In this document: piece by piece, positions 10,250 through 17,400 of the stretch
Position numbering within the stretch: the first letter of the stretch is position 1
How the letters are laid out: each line of letters opens with the position of its first letter
Source of the DNA: an uncultured Alphaproteobacteria bacterium
GTDB taxonomy: Bacteria > Pseudomonadota > Alphaproteobacteria > CAAHEQ01 > UBA3637
DNA: 64,000 nt
Direction of reading: 5' to 3'
Assembly (NCBI GenBank): GCA_934234055.1
Contig: CAKQGY010000002.1
Location: forward strand, 74,427 to 138,426
Notes under the pieces: model-generated
Seen by the model: only the letters and a program-made list of their open reading frames with translations
Told to the model about the DNA's origin: nothing
Database searches by the model: none
Translations under genes and position numbers: made by a program

Positions 10250-10794
10250 TGCTGGTTGTCAATCTGTTCGCAGGACCGGGAGCCGGAAAATCTACTTTGA
10301 GTGCGTATACTTTCGCACAATTGAAAATGCGAAAAGTCAACTGCGAGTTGGTGACGGAATTCGCAAAAGATAAAGTCTGGGAGCAAAATGCCTGTGCCCT
10401 GAATAACCAGGTCTATGTGTTCGCAAAACAATCCTATCGAATCAGTCGCTGTGCCGACAAAGTTGATGTGGTTATCACCGATTCGCCGATGGTCTTGTCG
10501 GCTTTGTATAACAAAGATCCGATGATTGATAAGCCGCTGCGGGACCTGATAAAAGCGGTGGATAGTAAATACGAGTCGCTGAACTACTTTTTGAAACGAA
10601 AAAAAATCTATAACCCGGTGGGGCGACTGCAAACCGAATCAGAAGCAAAAGAAATTGATCAGGCTGTGAAAAAATTGCTGGCGGACTTCGCCCTGCCCTA
10701 TCGGGAAATTGACGGCGATTTGGCCGCGGCCGATGTGATTGTGCAAGATGTATTATCCAAAATGGAGGCAAAAAATGGCACTGCTGGAAATTAA
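10249..10794 (+). CDS. P-loop NTPase, NadR-type (AAA_28 / ribosylnicotinamide-kinase-like) small kinase
   Basis: Walker A GPGAGKST at the N-terminus. The VTEFAKD...LPYREIDG layout resembles the NadR RNK domain. TAATG overlap with the MazG-like gene, and its 3' end overlaps the sufC start. Confidence 0.55.
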   Translation: MLVVNLFAGPGAGKSTLSAYTFAQLKMRKVNCELVTEFAKDKVWEQNACALNNQVYVFAKQSYRISRCADKVDVVITDSPMVLSALYNKDPMIDKPLRDLIKAVDSKYESLNYFLKRKKIYNPVGRLQTESEAKEIDQAVKKLLADFALPYREIDGDLAAADVIVQDVLSKMEAKNGTAGN

Positions 10795-11518
10795 AAACTT
10801 GTGTGCGCGGGTGGGCGAAAAAGAAATCCTGAAAGACTTTTCATTGACAATCGACGCGGGTGAAGTGCACGCGATTATGGGACCAAACGGCTCGGGCAAA
10901 AGCACTCTGTCTAATGTAATTGCGGGGAATCCCGCCTATACCATTACGGGAGGCAGTATTACCTTTAAGGGGAAAAATGTGCTGGCCATGAAACCGGACG
11001 AACGCGCGAACTGCGGGATCTTTTTGGCCTTTCAAATGCCGACGGAATTGCCGGGCGTGAGTACGGCTTTGTTCCTGAAAAATGCACTGAACGCCAAGCG
11101 GAAATACCTGGGCGAATCGGAATTGGACGCAGTGGGCTTTATGAAGCGCCTGAAACCACGGGCGCAGGCGTTGGGAATCACGGATGAAATGCTGAAACGA
11201 CCGGTCAATGTGGGCTTTTCAGGCGGCGAAAAAAAACGCATGGAGACGTTCCAAATGGCGTTCTTGGAACCGGATTTTTGTATTCTGGACGAAATGGATT
11301 CGGGGCTGGATATTGATGCGCTGCGCACCGTGTCGGACGCCGTGAATGTGATGCGAGAACCGAATCGCGCGTTTTTGTTGATTACACACCATACGGATAT
11401 TTTGGACTATATCAAGCCGGATTTCGTGCATGTCCTGGTCGGCGGGCGAATCGTCAAAACGGGGCCGCGGGAATTGGCGGCTGAATTGGAAAAAACAGGC
11501 TATGATCAATATAAATAA
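10775..11518 (+). CDS. sufC: Fe-S cluster assembly ATPase SufC
   Basis: ABC ATPase with Walker A GPNGSGKST, signature FSGGEKKR and a D-loop. GGAGG SD sits 6 nt upstream of the ATG at 10775. Confidence 0.9.
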   Translation: MALLEIKNLCARVGEKEILKDFSLTIDAGEVHAIMGPNGSGKSTLSNVIAGNPAYTITGGSITFKGKNVLAMKPDERANCGIFLAFQMPTELPGVSTALFLKNALNAKRKYLGESELDAVGFMKRLKPRAQALGITDEMLKRPVNVGFSGGEKKRMETFQMAFLEPDFCILDEMDSGLDIDALRTVSDAVNVMREPNRAFLLITHHTDILDYIKPDFVHVLVGGRIVKTGPRELAAELEKTGYDQYK

Positions 11519-12128
11519 CATCTGTCGGTTGACGCAAGAGGGAAGCGAAACGACCATTCAAGACCTGAAAGAACCGTTGGAAATCCACGCGGGCGCCGGG
11601 GAACGGGTGGAATTGGATATCCTGGCCCTGAGGGGGCGAATCGCGGCGACAATCATGCTGGAAGGCGCGGGGGCCGCGTGCACGGTGAAGTGCGCTTATC
11701 TGGCGGCGGAGCAAGACCGGGTGGATTTAGACCTGCAAATCATTCATCGGGCGGGCGGGACAACGGCCTGTCAGATTGTGAAAGGAATTGCAACCGATTC
11801 GGCGCAGGTCTCTTTTGCCGGGGTGATTCGAATCCCGGCCGATTCGCAAAAATGCGATTCGGCCCAGAACCACCGCGGGATTGTGCTGACACAACAGGCA
11901 CGAATCGCGGCCGTGCCGGAACTGGAAATCTATGCCGATGATGTAAAATGTGCACACGGATCGGCGATCGGACCGCTGGATCAAAAGCAAATCTTTTACC
12001 TGCAAGCACGGGGAATCCCGGAAGAAGAAGCCAAAAGCATCTTGCTGCACGCGTTTGTGAAAGATGCATTGGCGGAATCCTTTGAACAAATAGCCGAAGA
12101 ATGGATGGACAAACATGCTGAGAGATGA
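11502..12128 (+). CDS. sufD: SufD-like protein, unusually short (about 208 aa, C-terminal beta-helix/dimerisation part only)
   Basis: Similar to the SufB/SufD C-terminal region. The start overlaps the sufC end. No reading frame for an N-terminal half exists upstream. Confidence 0.6.
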   Translation: MININNICRLTQEGSETTIQDLKEPLEIHAGAGERVELDILALRGRIAATIMLEGAGAACTVKCAYLAAEQDRVDLDLQIIHRAGGTTACQIVKGIATDSAQVSFAGVIRIPADSQKCDSAQNHRGIVLTQQARIAAVPELEIYADDVKCAHGSAIGPLDQKQIFYLQARGIPEEEAKSILLHAFVKDALAESFEQIAEEWMDKHAER

Positions 12129-13308
12129 TTTTCCCCTGCTGATCGGGACAAAAACGACTTATTTGGATACAGCCGCATCGGCGCAAAAACCGACCGTGGT
12201 ATTGGAGGCAATGGAAACCTTTTACCGCACCGCTTATGCGAATCCGCACCGCGGACAATGCGATATTGCAACCCATGCGACGGCGGCCTATGAGCAGGCT
12301 CGACAGACCGTAGCGGACTTTATTCACGCCGATTCGCACGAAATCATCTTTACCAAAGGCACAACGGAGGGAATCAACCTGCTGGCGAACGGGTATGCCG
12401 AGCGGCTGCACGCGGGGGACGAGGTGCTAGTCTGTATCGCCGAACATCATGCGGACTTTGTGCCGTGGCAACAGGCGTGTCGACGGACGGGAGCAACCTT
12501 TAAGGTCTTTGATATTTTGCCGGACGGACGAATTGATTGGGCGGATTTTGAGGCGAAATTGTCGGAAAAAACACGCTTGGTTGCGGTGGCGCAGGTGTCT
12601 AATGTGCTGGGCCTGGTGAATCCGATTCGCGATATTATTGAACGCGCACACGCCGTCGGGGCCGATGTCTTGATAGACGGGGCGCAATCCATTGCGCATA
12701 TGCCGGTTGATGTGCGGGAATTGGACTGTGATTACTATGCCTTTTCAGGGCACAAAATCTATGGGCCGACGGGAATCGGTGTTCTGTATGGCAAAAAGGA
12801 AAAATTGGAGACCCTGCCCCCCTATCAATTCGGGGGGGATATGATCAAAACGGTGTCGGTGGATCAAACCACTTTCGCCGATGTGCCGGCTCGGTTTGAG
12901 GCCGGAACGACCCCTTTTGTGGAAGCTGTGGGATTGGCGGAAGCGATTCGCTATGTCTCGCGAATCGGTATGGATAAAATCGCGACGCACGAAGAAGCAT
13001 TGACGAAGCGGCTGGTGGCGGAAATTGAACGCCTGCCGGGCGCAAAAATCCTGGGGAGTTGCCCGGATAAGCACGGGCTGTGCGCCTTTAATATCGCGGG
13101 TGTGCACCCGGCGGATTTGGCCTTTGTGCTGTCAAAAGAAAATATCTGTGTGCGGGTGGGACATCACTGTGCGATGCCGATTCATAAGCGTTTGGGCGTG
13201 GAAGTGTCGCTGCGCGCGTCGCTGGGATTATATAATGATATGAGTGATATAGAGGCCTTTATTCAAGGAATACTGAAAGCGTTAGACCTGTTGGGAGTAA
13301 AGTCATGA
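12115..13308 (+). CDS. sufS: Cysteine desulfurase SufS (class V aminotransferase)
   Basis: 397 aa with PLP-lysine region SGHK and the active-site Cys loop (RVGHHCA). Confidence 0.9.
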   Translation: MLRDDFPLLIGTKTTYLDTAASAQKPTVVLEAMETFYRTAYANPHRGQCDIATHATAAYEQARQTVADFIHADSHEIIFTKGTTEGINLLANGYAERLHAGDEVLVCIAEHHADFVPWQQACRRTGATFKVFDILPDGRIDWADFEAKLSEKTRLVAVAQVSNVLGLVNPIRDIIERAHAVGADVLIDGAQSIAHMPVDVRELDCDYYAFSGHKIYGPTGIGVLYGKKEKLETLPPYQFGGDMIKTVSVDQTTFADVPARFEAGTTPFVEAVGLAEAIRYVSRIGMDKIATHEEALTKRLVAEIERLPGAKILGSCPDKHGLCAFNIAGVHPADLAFVLSKENICVRVGHHCAMPIHKRLGVEVSLRASLGLYNDMSDIEAFIQGILKALDLLGVKS

Positions 13309-13700
13309 GCGAACCGATTGTGCCGCCGGTGCCGGATACGCCGGATATGGATTTGGCTTTTAAGGCAACGGCCGGAGAGCCGATGGACCCCGCCACCGTG
13401 CCGGCAACCCATGAGGATATTCTGCGGGCCCTAAAAGCCGTGCAAGATCCCGAATTGATGTTGAGCCTGTATGATTTGGGATTAATCTATAAGGTAGAAC
13501 AACAGGAAAACGGTGATGTGTATGTCCTGATGACCTTGACTTCGCCGACGTGTCCGATGGCCGGGGAAATGCCCGCAATGGTGGCAAATGCCGTGGCGTC
13601 TGTCCCCGGGACGGGTGTGATTACGGTGGAGTTGACCTTTGACCCGCCGTGGAGCCTGGACATGGTGAGTGAGGATATTCGCCTGATGATGGGGATTTAA
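13305..13700 (+). CDS. sufT: DUF59 (MIP18/SufT-like) Fe-S assembly protein
   Basis: 131 aa. The DPELMLSLYDLGLIY...TLTSPTCPMAG motif is typical of DUF59. ATGA-coupled to sufS. Confidence 0.7.
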   Translation: MSEPIVPPVPDTPDMDLAFKATAGEPMDPATVPATHEDILRALKAVQDPELMLSLYDLGLIYKVEQQENGDVYVLMTLTSPTCPMAGEMPAMVANAVASVPGTGVITVELTFDPPWSLDMVSEDIRLMMGI

Positions 13701-13746
13701 GGGCGAGGTGGCCCGTGGGAGGGGGGTAATTCGGAATTATGTGCCT

Positions 13747-13793
13747 GGTGGATTGCCACGGCCTGGCGGCCTTGCAATGACGGGGGAGAGAAG
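13747..13793. repeat. Palindromic interspersed repeat, copy G (subtype 2: GGATTGCCACG-palindrome-TTGCAATGA plus GGGGGAGAGAAG tail)
   Basis: Arms are shared with copies at 29145, 40641 and 40694. It is followed by a conserved promoter-bearing tail, as is copy B. Confidence 0.7.
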
Positions 13794-13821
13794 AAAAAAA
13801 CATCAATGCGCATTTTTCTTA

Positions 13822-13850
13822 TTGCTTTTCAATTTTACTGTTGTTATACT
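13822..13850 (+). promoter_or_regulatory. Sigma70-like promoter TTGCTT-17-TATACT
   Basis: The same module (AAGAAAAAAA-CATCAAT-CGCATTTTT-TTGCTTTT..) recurs at 15071-15131. Confidence 0.5.
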
Positions 13851-13884
13851 CAAAGCGGTTTCATAAAATAGTAGGAGTCAACCA

Positions 13885-15003
13885 ATGGAGTTAAATTTAA
13901 AAAAGAATCTTTTTCGCTATGGAAAAAATGAGCCACTAACATTTGGTGTAATTGTCTCTTTAGTGCTTTTTGATATTTTAGTATGGAGCCTGATATCAAT
14001 GGGCATGATCAGCGTAGACTACCGCTTTTCTGATGAAAACAATTGTCATTCTCAGGTGTATGCTATTTTAAATCGTGATATTCCAAAATTTGAGTATTAT
14101 TCGCCAAAAACAGGAAAATACTGCGCCTTGTTTCAAAAAGAATATGATAAAGTAAGTTCTGATAAATCTGTTGTAAATGCTTTAAACGACATTTATCAAA
14201 CAGAAAAAAGAATCAATCAACTGGCAACAGAAATAGGGACGGCTCGGTATACATTAGAGGAAAATGCAACGGCTTATAACATTGCCATTCAAGAGCAAAA
14301 AGGACTTGATTTATCTTACACGGGAAAAATCAAAGAAATCCAGGAAAATGAGCAAGAACTAGAACAAGTTAAACAACATTTAATTCAACAAAAGCAAAAT
14401 TTTAAATCATTACCCGCAGTTCAACAATTAATACACTATACGCAACAAAATCAAAGCAACATATTTGCCCGGTATACCTTTATGACCAAGGTGGATTTGT
14501 TCTTAACATATGTTTTTGCTATGCTTTTTGTCGCTATTCTGATACCCGCCCTTATGCTGTTGCGCAGAAGTTTAATCCGTAAAGAAAAGTATATTCGCTT
14601 GCTTGTAGTAAATCATATCATTTTGGTTGCTTTTTTGCAGGGAATTTTTATTACGCTTCGCTTTATCTTGCATATTTTACCGGAAACTCTGCTGCGTAAC
14701 CTGATTGATTTCTTTAGATCTTTGCATCTGATGGCTCTATGGTATTATATAGCAATCGGATTATCGTTTTTACTGTTTGCAGGCGTTGTATATTTTCTGC
14801 AAACAAAAGGGCGGCGCCGGAATTTATACAAAAAATTGATCAAAGGAAAGTGCTGGAATTGTGGTGCGCGAGTACTAGATAACGATTTTTGTTTTTCCTG
14901 CGGAGAAAAGCAATTATGCGTATGCCCACATTGTCGTAAAAAAACATATATAAAAATGCCTTATTGTCGTTTTTGCGGTAAAAGCATAGCCAATGAAGAT
15001 TAG
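13885..15003 (+). CDS. Hypothetical membrane protein with coiled-coil region and C-terminal double zinc ribbon (4x CxxC)
   Basis: 372 aa in a low-GC islet. Order is N-terminal TM, Q/E-rich coiled coil, 3 TM helices, then CWNCG..CFSCG..CPHCR..CRFCG. Confidence 0.6.
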   Translation: MELNLKKNLFRYGKNEPLTFGVIVSLVLFDILVWSLISMGMISVDYRFSDENNCHSQVYAILNRDIPKFEYYSPKTGKYCALFQKEYDKVSSDKSVVNALNDIYQTEKRINQLATEIGTARYTLEENATAYNIAIQEQKGLDLSYTGKIKEIQENEQELEQVKQHLIQQKQNFKSLPAVQQLIHYTQQNQSNIFARYTFMTKVDLFLTYVFAMLFVAILIPALMLLRRSLIRKEKYIRLLVVNHIILVAFLQGIFITLRFILHILPETLLRNLIDFFRSLHLMALWYYIAIGLSFLLFAGVVYFLQTKGRRRNLYKKLIKGKCWNCGARVLDNDFCFSCGEKQLCVCPHCRKKTYIKMPYCRFCGKSIANED

Positions 15004-15015
15004 CTAGAATGTGGC

Positions 15016-15070
15016 GCATTCGTGTTCAATGGATTCTTCGGGGCACAAGGTGTGTGCCTCTCAGAATAAT
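15016..15070. repeat. Palindromic interspersed repeat, copy B (subtype 1)
   Basis: GCATTCGTGTTCAATGGATTCTTCGGGGCACAAGGTGTGTGCCTCTCAGAATAAT. Confidence 0.7.
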
Positions 15071-15102
15071 AAGAAAAAAAATCATCAATACGCATTTTTT
15101 TG

Positions 15103-15131
15103 TTGCTTTTTGATTTCGGCAACGATATAAT
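15103..15131 (+). promoter_or_regulatory. Sigma70 promoter TTGCTT-17-TATAAT
   Basis: Perfect -10 hexamer. Drives the long leader of the GT2 gene. Confidence 0.55.
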
Positions 15132-15136
15132 AGAGA

Positions 15137-15346
15137 TGCCTTCAGTGTTTGAAGGCACGGGCATAGAAAACCTGTACAAGATAGAGCCGACGCCGGCTCT
15201 TTAAATATGCTTGGCATTCGCCGTTCGGACGGATGTCGGCTAAATAAGGTTTCGGCCGAATAAGCCGAGCCGTTATCTTGTACGGTTTTCTAACATCCGC
15301 CCACTGTCAAGTGGGCTTTGTTATAGAGAAAGGGAGGCCAAAAAGC
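15137..15346 (+). promoter_or_regulatory. Structured 5' leader of about 210 nt with a long-range inverted repeat (candidate cis-regulatory RNA)
   Basis: GAAAACCTGTACAAGATAGAGCC (15166-15189) pairs with GGCTCGTTATCTTGTACGGTTTTC (15266-15290). Several internal hairpins sit between them: GCCTTCAGTGTTTGAAGGC, GAGCCGACGCCGGCTC and CCGTTCGGACGG. Confidence 0.4.
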
Positions 15347-16354
15347 ATGATAACGCCACGCACAATTTCCATCATTATAACCGCCTATAATTCCGAAAAA
15401 TATATCGGGGATTGTTTGGTGTCCTTGGCAGCACAAACGAATCCGGACTGGATGGCCCTGATCATGGACGACGGATCCAACGATAAAACCGCTGAAATAC
15501 TGAAAACTTGGGCCAAAAAAGATCCGCGAATCCACGTCTTTCAGCAGAAAAATCAAGGATCATCGGCGGCTCGTAATGCCCTGTTGGGCAAGGTGAAGAC
15601 GCCCTATGCGTGCTTTGTGGACAGCGATGATTTGTTGCACCCGCGGGCGCTTGCGGTGGCACTGGACATTATGGAATACAGCGGGGCCGATGTCGTGGAA
15701 TACGGCATTGCACGGGTGGACGAGGCTGCTAAACCCGCTGATGTGGCAACGGAACTGACACGCTTTACCGCCGAATGGGACACCCTGAACGCTCCATATG
15801 TCGCCCGCAAAAAACGGGGTGGAAATTGGATCAATGTTACAAATAAACTGTATCGTGCCGATATCGTCAAAGAAATCCGATTTGACCCGGAATTGGTGTA
15901 TGAAGATGACTTGTGGTTCAGCACCTTGGCACATAATGCGGGGCCAAAAAAAATTGTCATCGGGGTTCCTTTATACTTTTGGCGCAAAAATCCGAACTCT
16001 AAAACTCAAAAAATTGACTTTGACCGCTATGTAGGCAGTGCAATTCGGCGGGTTTTCCTGATGAATACTTACTTTGGAGTCGGGCACCGATTGAATCAAG
16101 CCTGCTGGCAGGACTATGTGCGGGACTTGGCACAAGATGCTTATCGTATGATTTTGCGCAAAAATATCCGACACAACCCCAATTCAGCCGATAAAGAACG
16201 CGTGTTTTGGCGTGCGTCGGCGGCTTTGGAACGGTTGGTGAAAGAACGAGTCTTTTATACCTCTTATTTAAGCACGCCCCAGCGGTTCGCGGTGTGGTTG
16301 TGTCGCAAAAAACACTATCGGCTGTGCCGGTGGCTGGTGGCTTTGGTGGGCTGA
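15347..16354 (+). CDS. Family 2 glycosyltransferase
   Basis: The ISIIITAYNSEKYI ... DDGSND ... VDSDD layout matches the GT-A fold. AGGGAGG SD precedes the ATG. Confidence 0.75.
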   Translation: MITPRTISIIITAYNSEKYIGDCLVSLAAQTNPDWMALIMDDGSNDKTAEILKTWAKKDPRIHVFQQKNQGSSAARNALLGKVKTPYACFVDSDDLLHPRALAVALDIMEYSGADVVEYGIARVDEAAKPADVATELTRFTAEWDTLNAPYVARKKRGGNWINVTNKLYRADIVKEIRFDPELVYEDDLWFSTLAHNAGPKKIVIGVPLYFWRKNPNSKTQKIDFDRYVGSAIRRVFLMNTYFGVGHRLNQACWQDYVRDLAQDAYRMILRKNIRHNPNSADKERVFWRASAALERLVKERVFYTSYLSTPQRFAVWLCRKKHYRLCRWLVALVG

Positions 16355-16367
16355 AAACAAAGGCCGG

Positions 16368-16396
16368 CTTGACAAAAAGCTAATATTGTGATATAA
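16368..16396 (+). promoter_or_regulatory. Sigma70 promoter TTGACA-17-TATAAT
   Basis: Perfect consensus hexamers lie 22 nt upstream of the 16418 ORF. Confidence 0.55.
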
Positions 16397-16417
16397 TGAC
16401 CCCTGTCAGGAAAAAAT

Positions 16418-16642
16418 ATGACCATTCAATTAAAAAATACACACATCCTTGAAAAACGCGGAATCATATTCAGCTTGGAAGAAGAAGCCGAAGTATGGGC
16501 GCGGCGGGCAGCTTGTCGGGAGATTCGAAAAATGCGGAAGCTGGGAAAACCGGTGGAAGCGAAGACTGTTGTCCGGCATTTTCACACGCATGAGGGGCTC
16601 TTTGAACGGCGGACAGCCCTGAAATGGGCGCACGAACGTTAG
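16418..16642 (+). CDS. Hypothetical small basic protein (74 aa)
   Basis: Its own consensus promoter and an AGGAAAA RBS are present. No recognisable family. Confidence 0.4.
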   Translation: MTIQLKNTHILEKRGIIFSLEEEAEVWARRAACREIRKMRKLGKPVEAKTVVRHFHTHEGLFERRTALKWAHER

Positions 16643-16719
16643 TAGGCAATGTTAAAAAACGAGCGAAAAAGAGGGAACAACGGCAAAAAAATGAAAAAAC
16701 ACATAAAGATGTAAAAAAA

Positions 16720-16735
16720 TTTGCATATATGCAAA
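16720..16735. promoter_or_regulatory. Perfect 16-bp palindrome TTTGCATATATGCAAA (putative operator)
   Basis: It lies 10 bp upstream of the -35 of the sRNA promoter. Confidence 0.4.
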
Positions 16736-16779
16736 AATAATGTATTGACAAACGCAAAAATATATGGTAGATTGCTTTT

Positions 16780-16909
16780 GTCGTTGAAAGACGATCCGGA
16801 CCTTTTGTATATTTAGTCTTCCTATGTCTCATCAAATGTCCGGAGGGGGGCATTTCCCTCTTTATTATGCTCTCCATGGCTCTTTACCTTTGGTAAGGAG
16901 CCTTTTTTT
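16780..16909 (+). ncRNA. Candidate small RNA (about 130 nt) with its own promoter and intrinsic terminator
   Basis: Promoter TTGACA(16745)-17-TAGATT(16768). Terminator GGCTCTTTACC-TTT-GGTAAGGAGCC plus T7 at 16878-16909. No convincing ORF or RBS is inside. No + strand gene lies downstream. Confidence 0.45.
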
Positions 16910-16957
16910 ATGGTGATGCGGAGGGGCGGATTCGTGAGGCGGAGGGAATTATTGGAA

Positions 16958-16990
16958 ATAAAAAACAAGGTCCGGTGAATATCGGACCTT
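16958..16990 (-). terminator. Intrinsic terminator downstream of rpmB
   Basis: GGTCCGGTGAATATCGGACC hairpin with a U-run on the minus strand. Confidence 0.5.
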
Positions 16991-17025
16991 GAGAATTGGA
17001 TCTAACTTTGTAAAGAAGGCCGGGA

Positions 17026-17319
17026 TTATAAACCCTTGGCAGCCTTGGCACCCGCGATGCGAGCACGCAACTTCTTGGACTCGGCCGTCAACTTGGACAC
17101 CGGAGTATTCAATAAATACAAATCCAAACCGCCGTTCTTTTCAATCGTGCGCAGGCCATTGTTCGTTAAACGCAGTGTGACAGGCGCTTCCAAAATCTCG
17201 CTGTAAATTGCAACTTCTTGCAAATTCGGCATAAAGCGACGACGGGTCTTACGGTTTGAGTGGCTGACGTTATTGCCGGTTTGAACGCCTTTGCCTGTAA
17301 TGCTACATTTTTTTGTCAT
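17026..17319 (-). CDS. rpmB: 50S ribosomal protein L28
   Basis: 97 aa with the conserved [26 protein letters not shown]-terminus. Confidence 0.9.
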   Translation of the reverse strand: MTKKCSITGKGVQTGNNVSHSNRKTRRRFMPNLQEVAIYSEILEAPVTLRLTNNGLRTIEKNGGLDLYLLNTPVSKLTAESKKLRARIAGAKAAKGL

Positions 17320-17400
17320 AACATGTCCTTTCTTAAAAATAACTGTTGTGTAGTTTTACCCTATTTTTCGGGAAAAGTCAAGAACTTTTTTCGTTTATTT

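Noticed and set aside
16824-16916. 30-aa ORF (MSHQMSGGGHFPLYYALHGSLPLVRSLFLW) inside the sRNA candidate
   Set aside because: It has no Shine-Dalgarno sequence. The frame ends inside the terminator hairpin. Non-coding is favoured.
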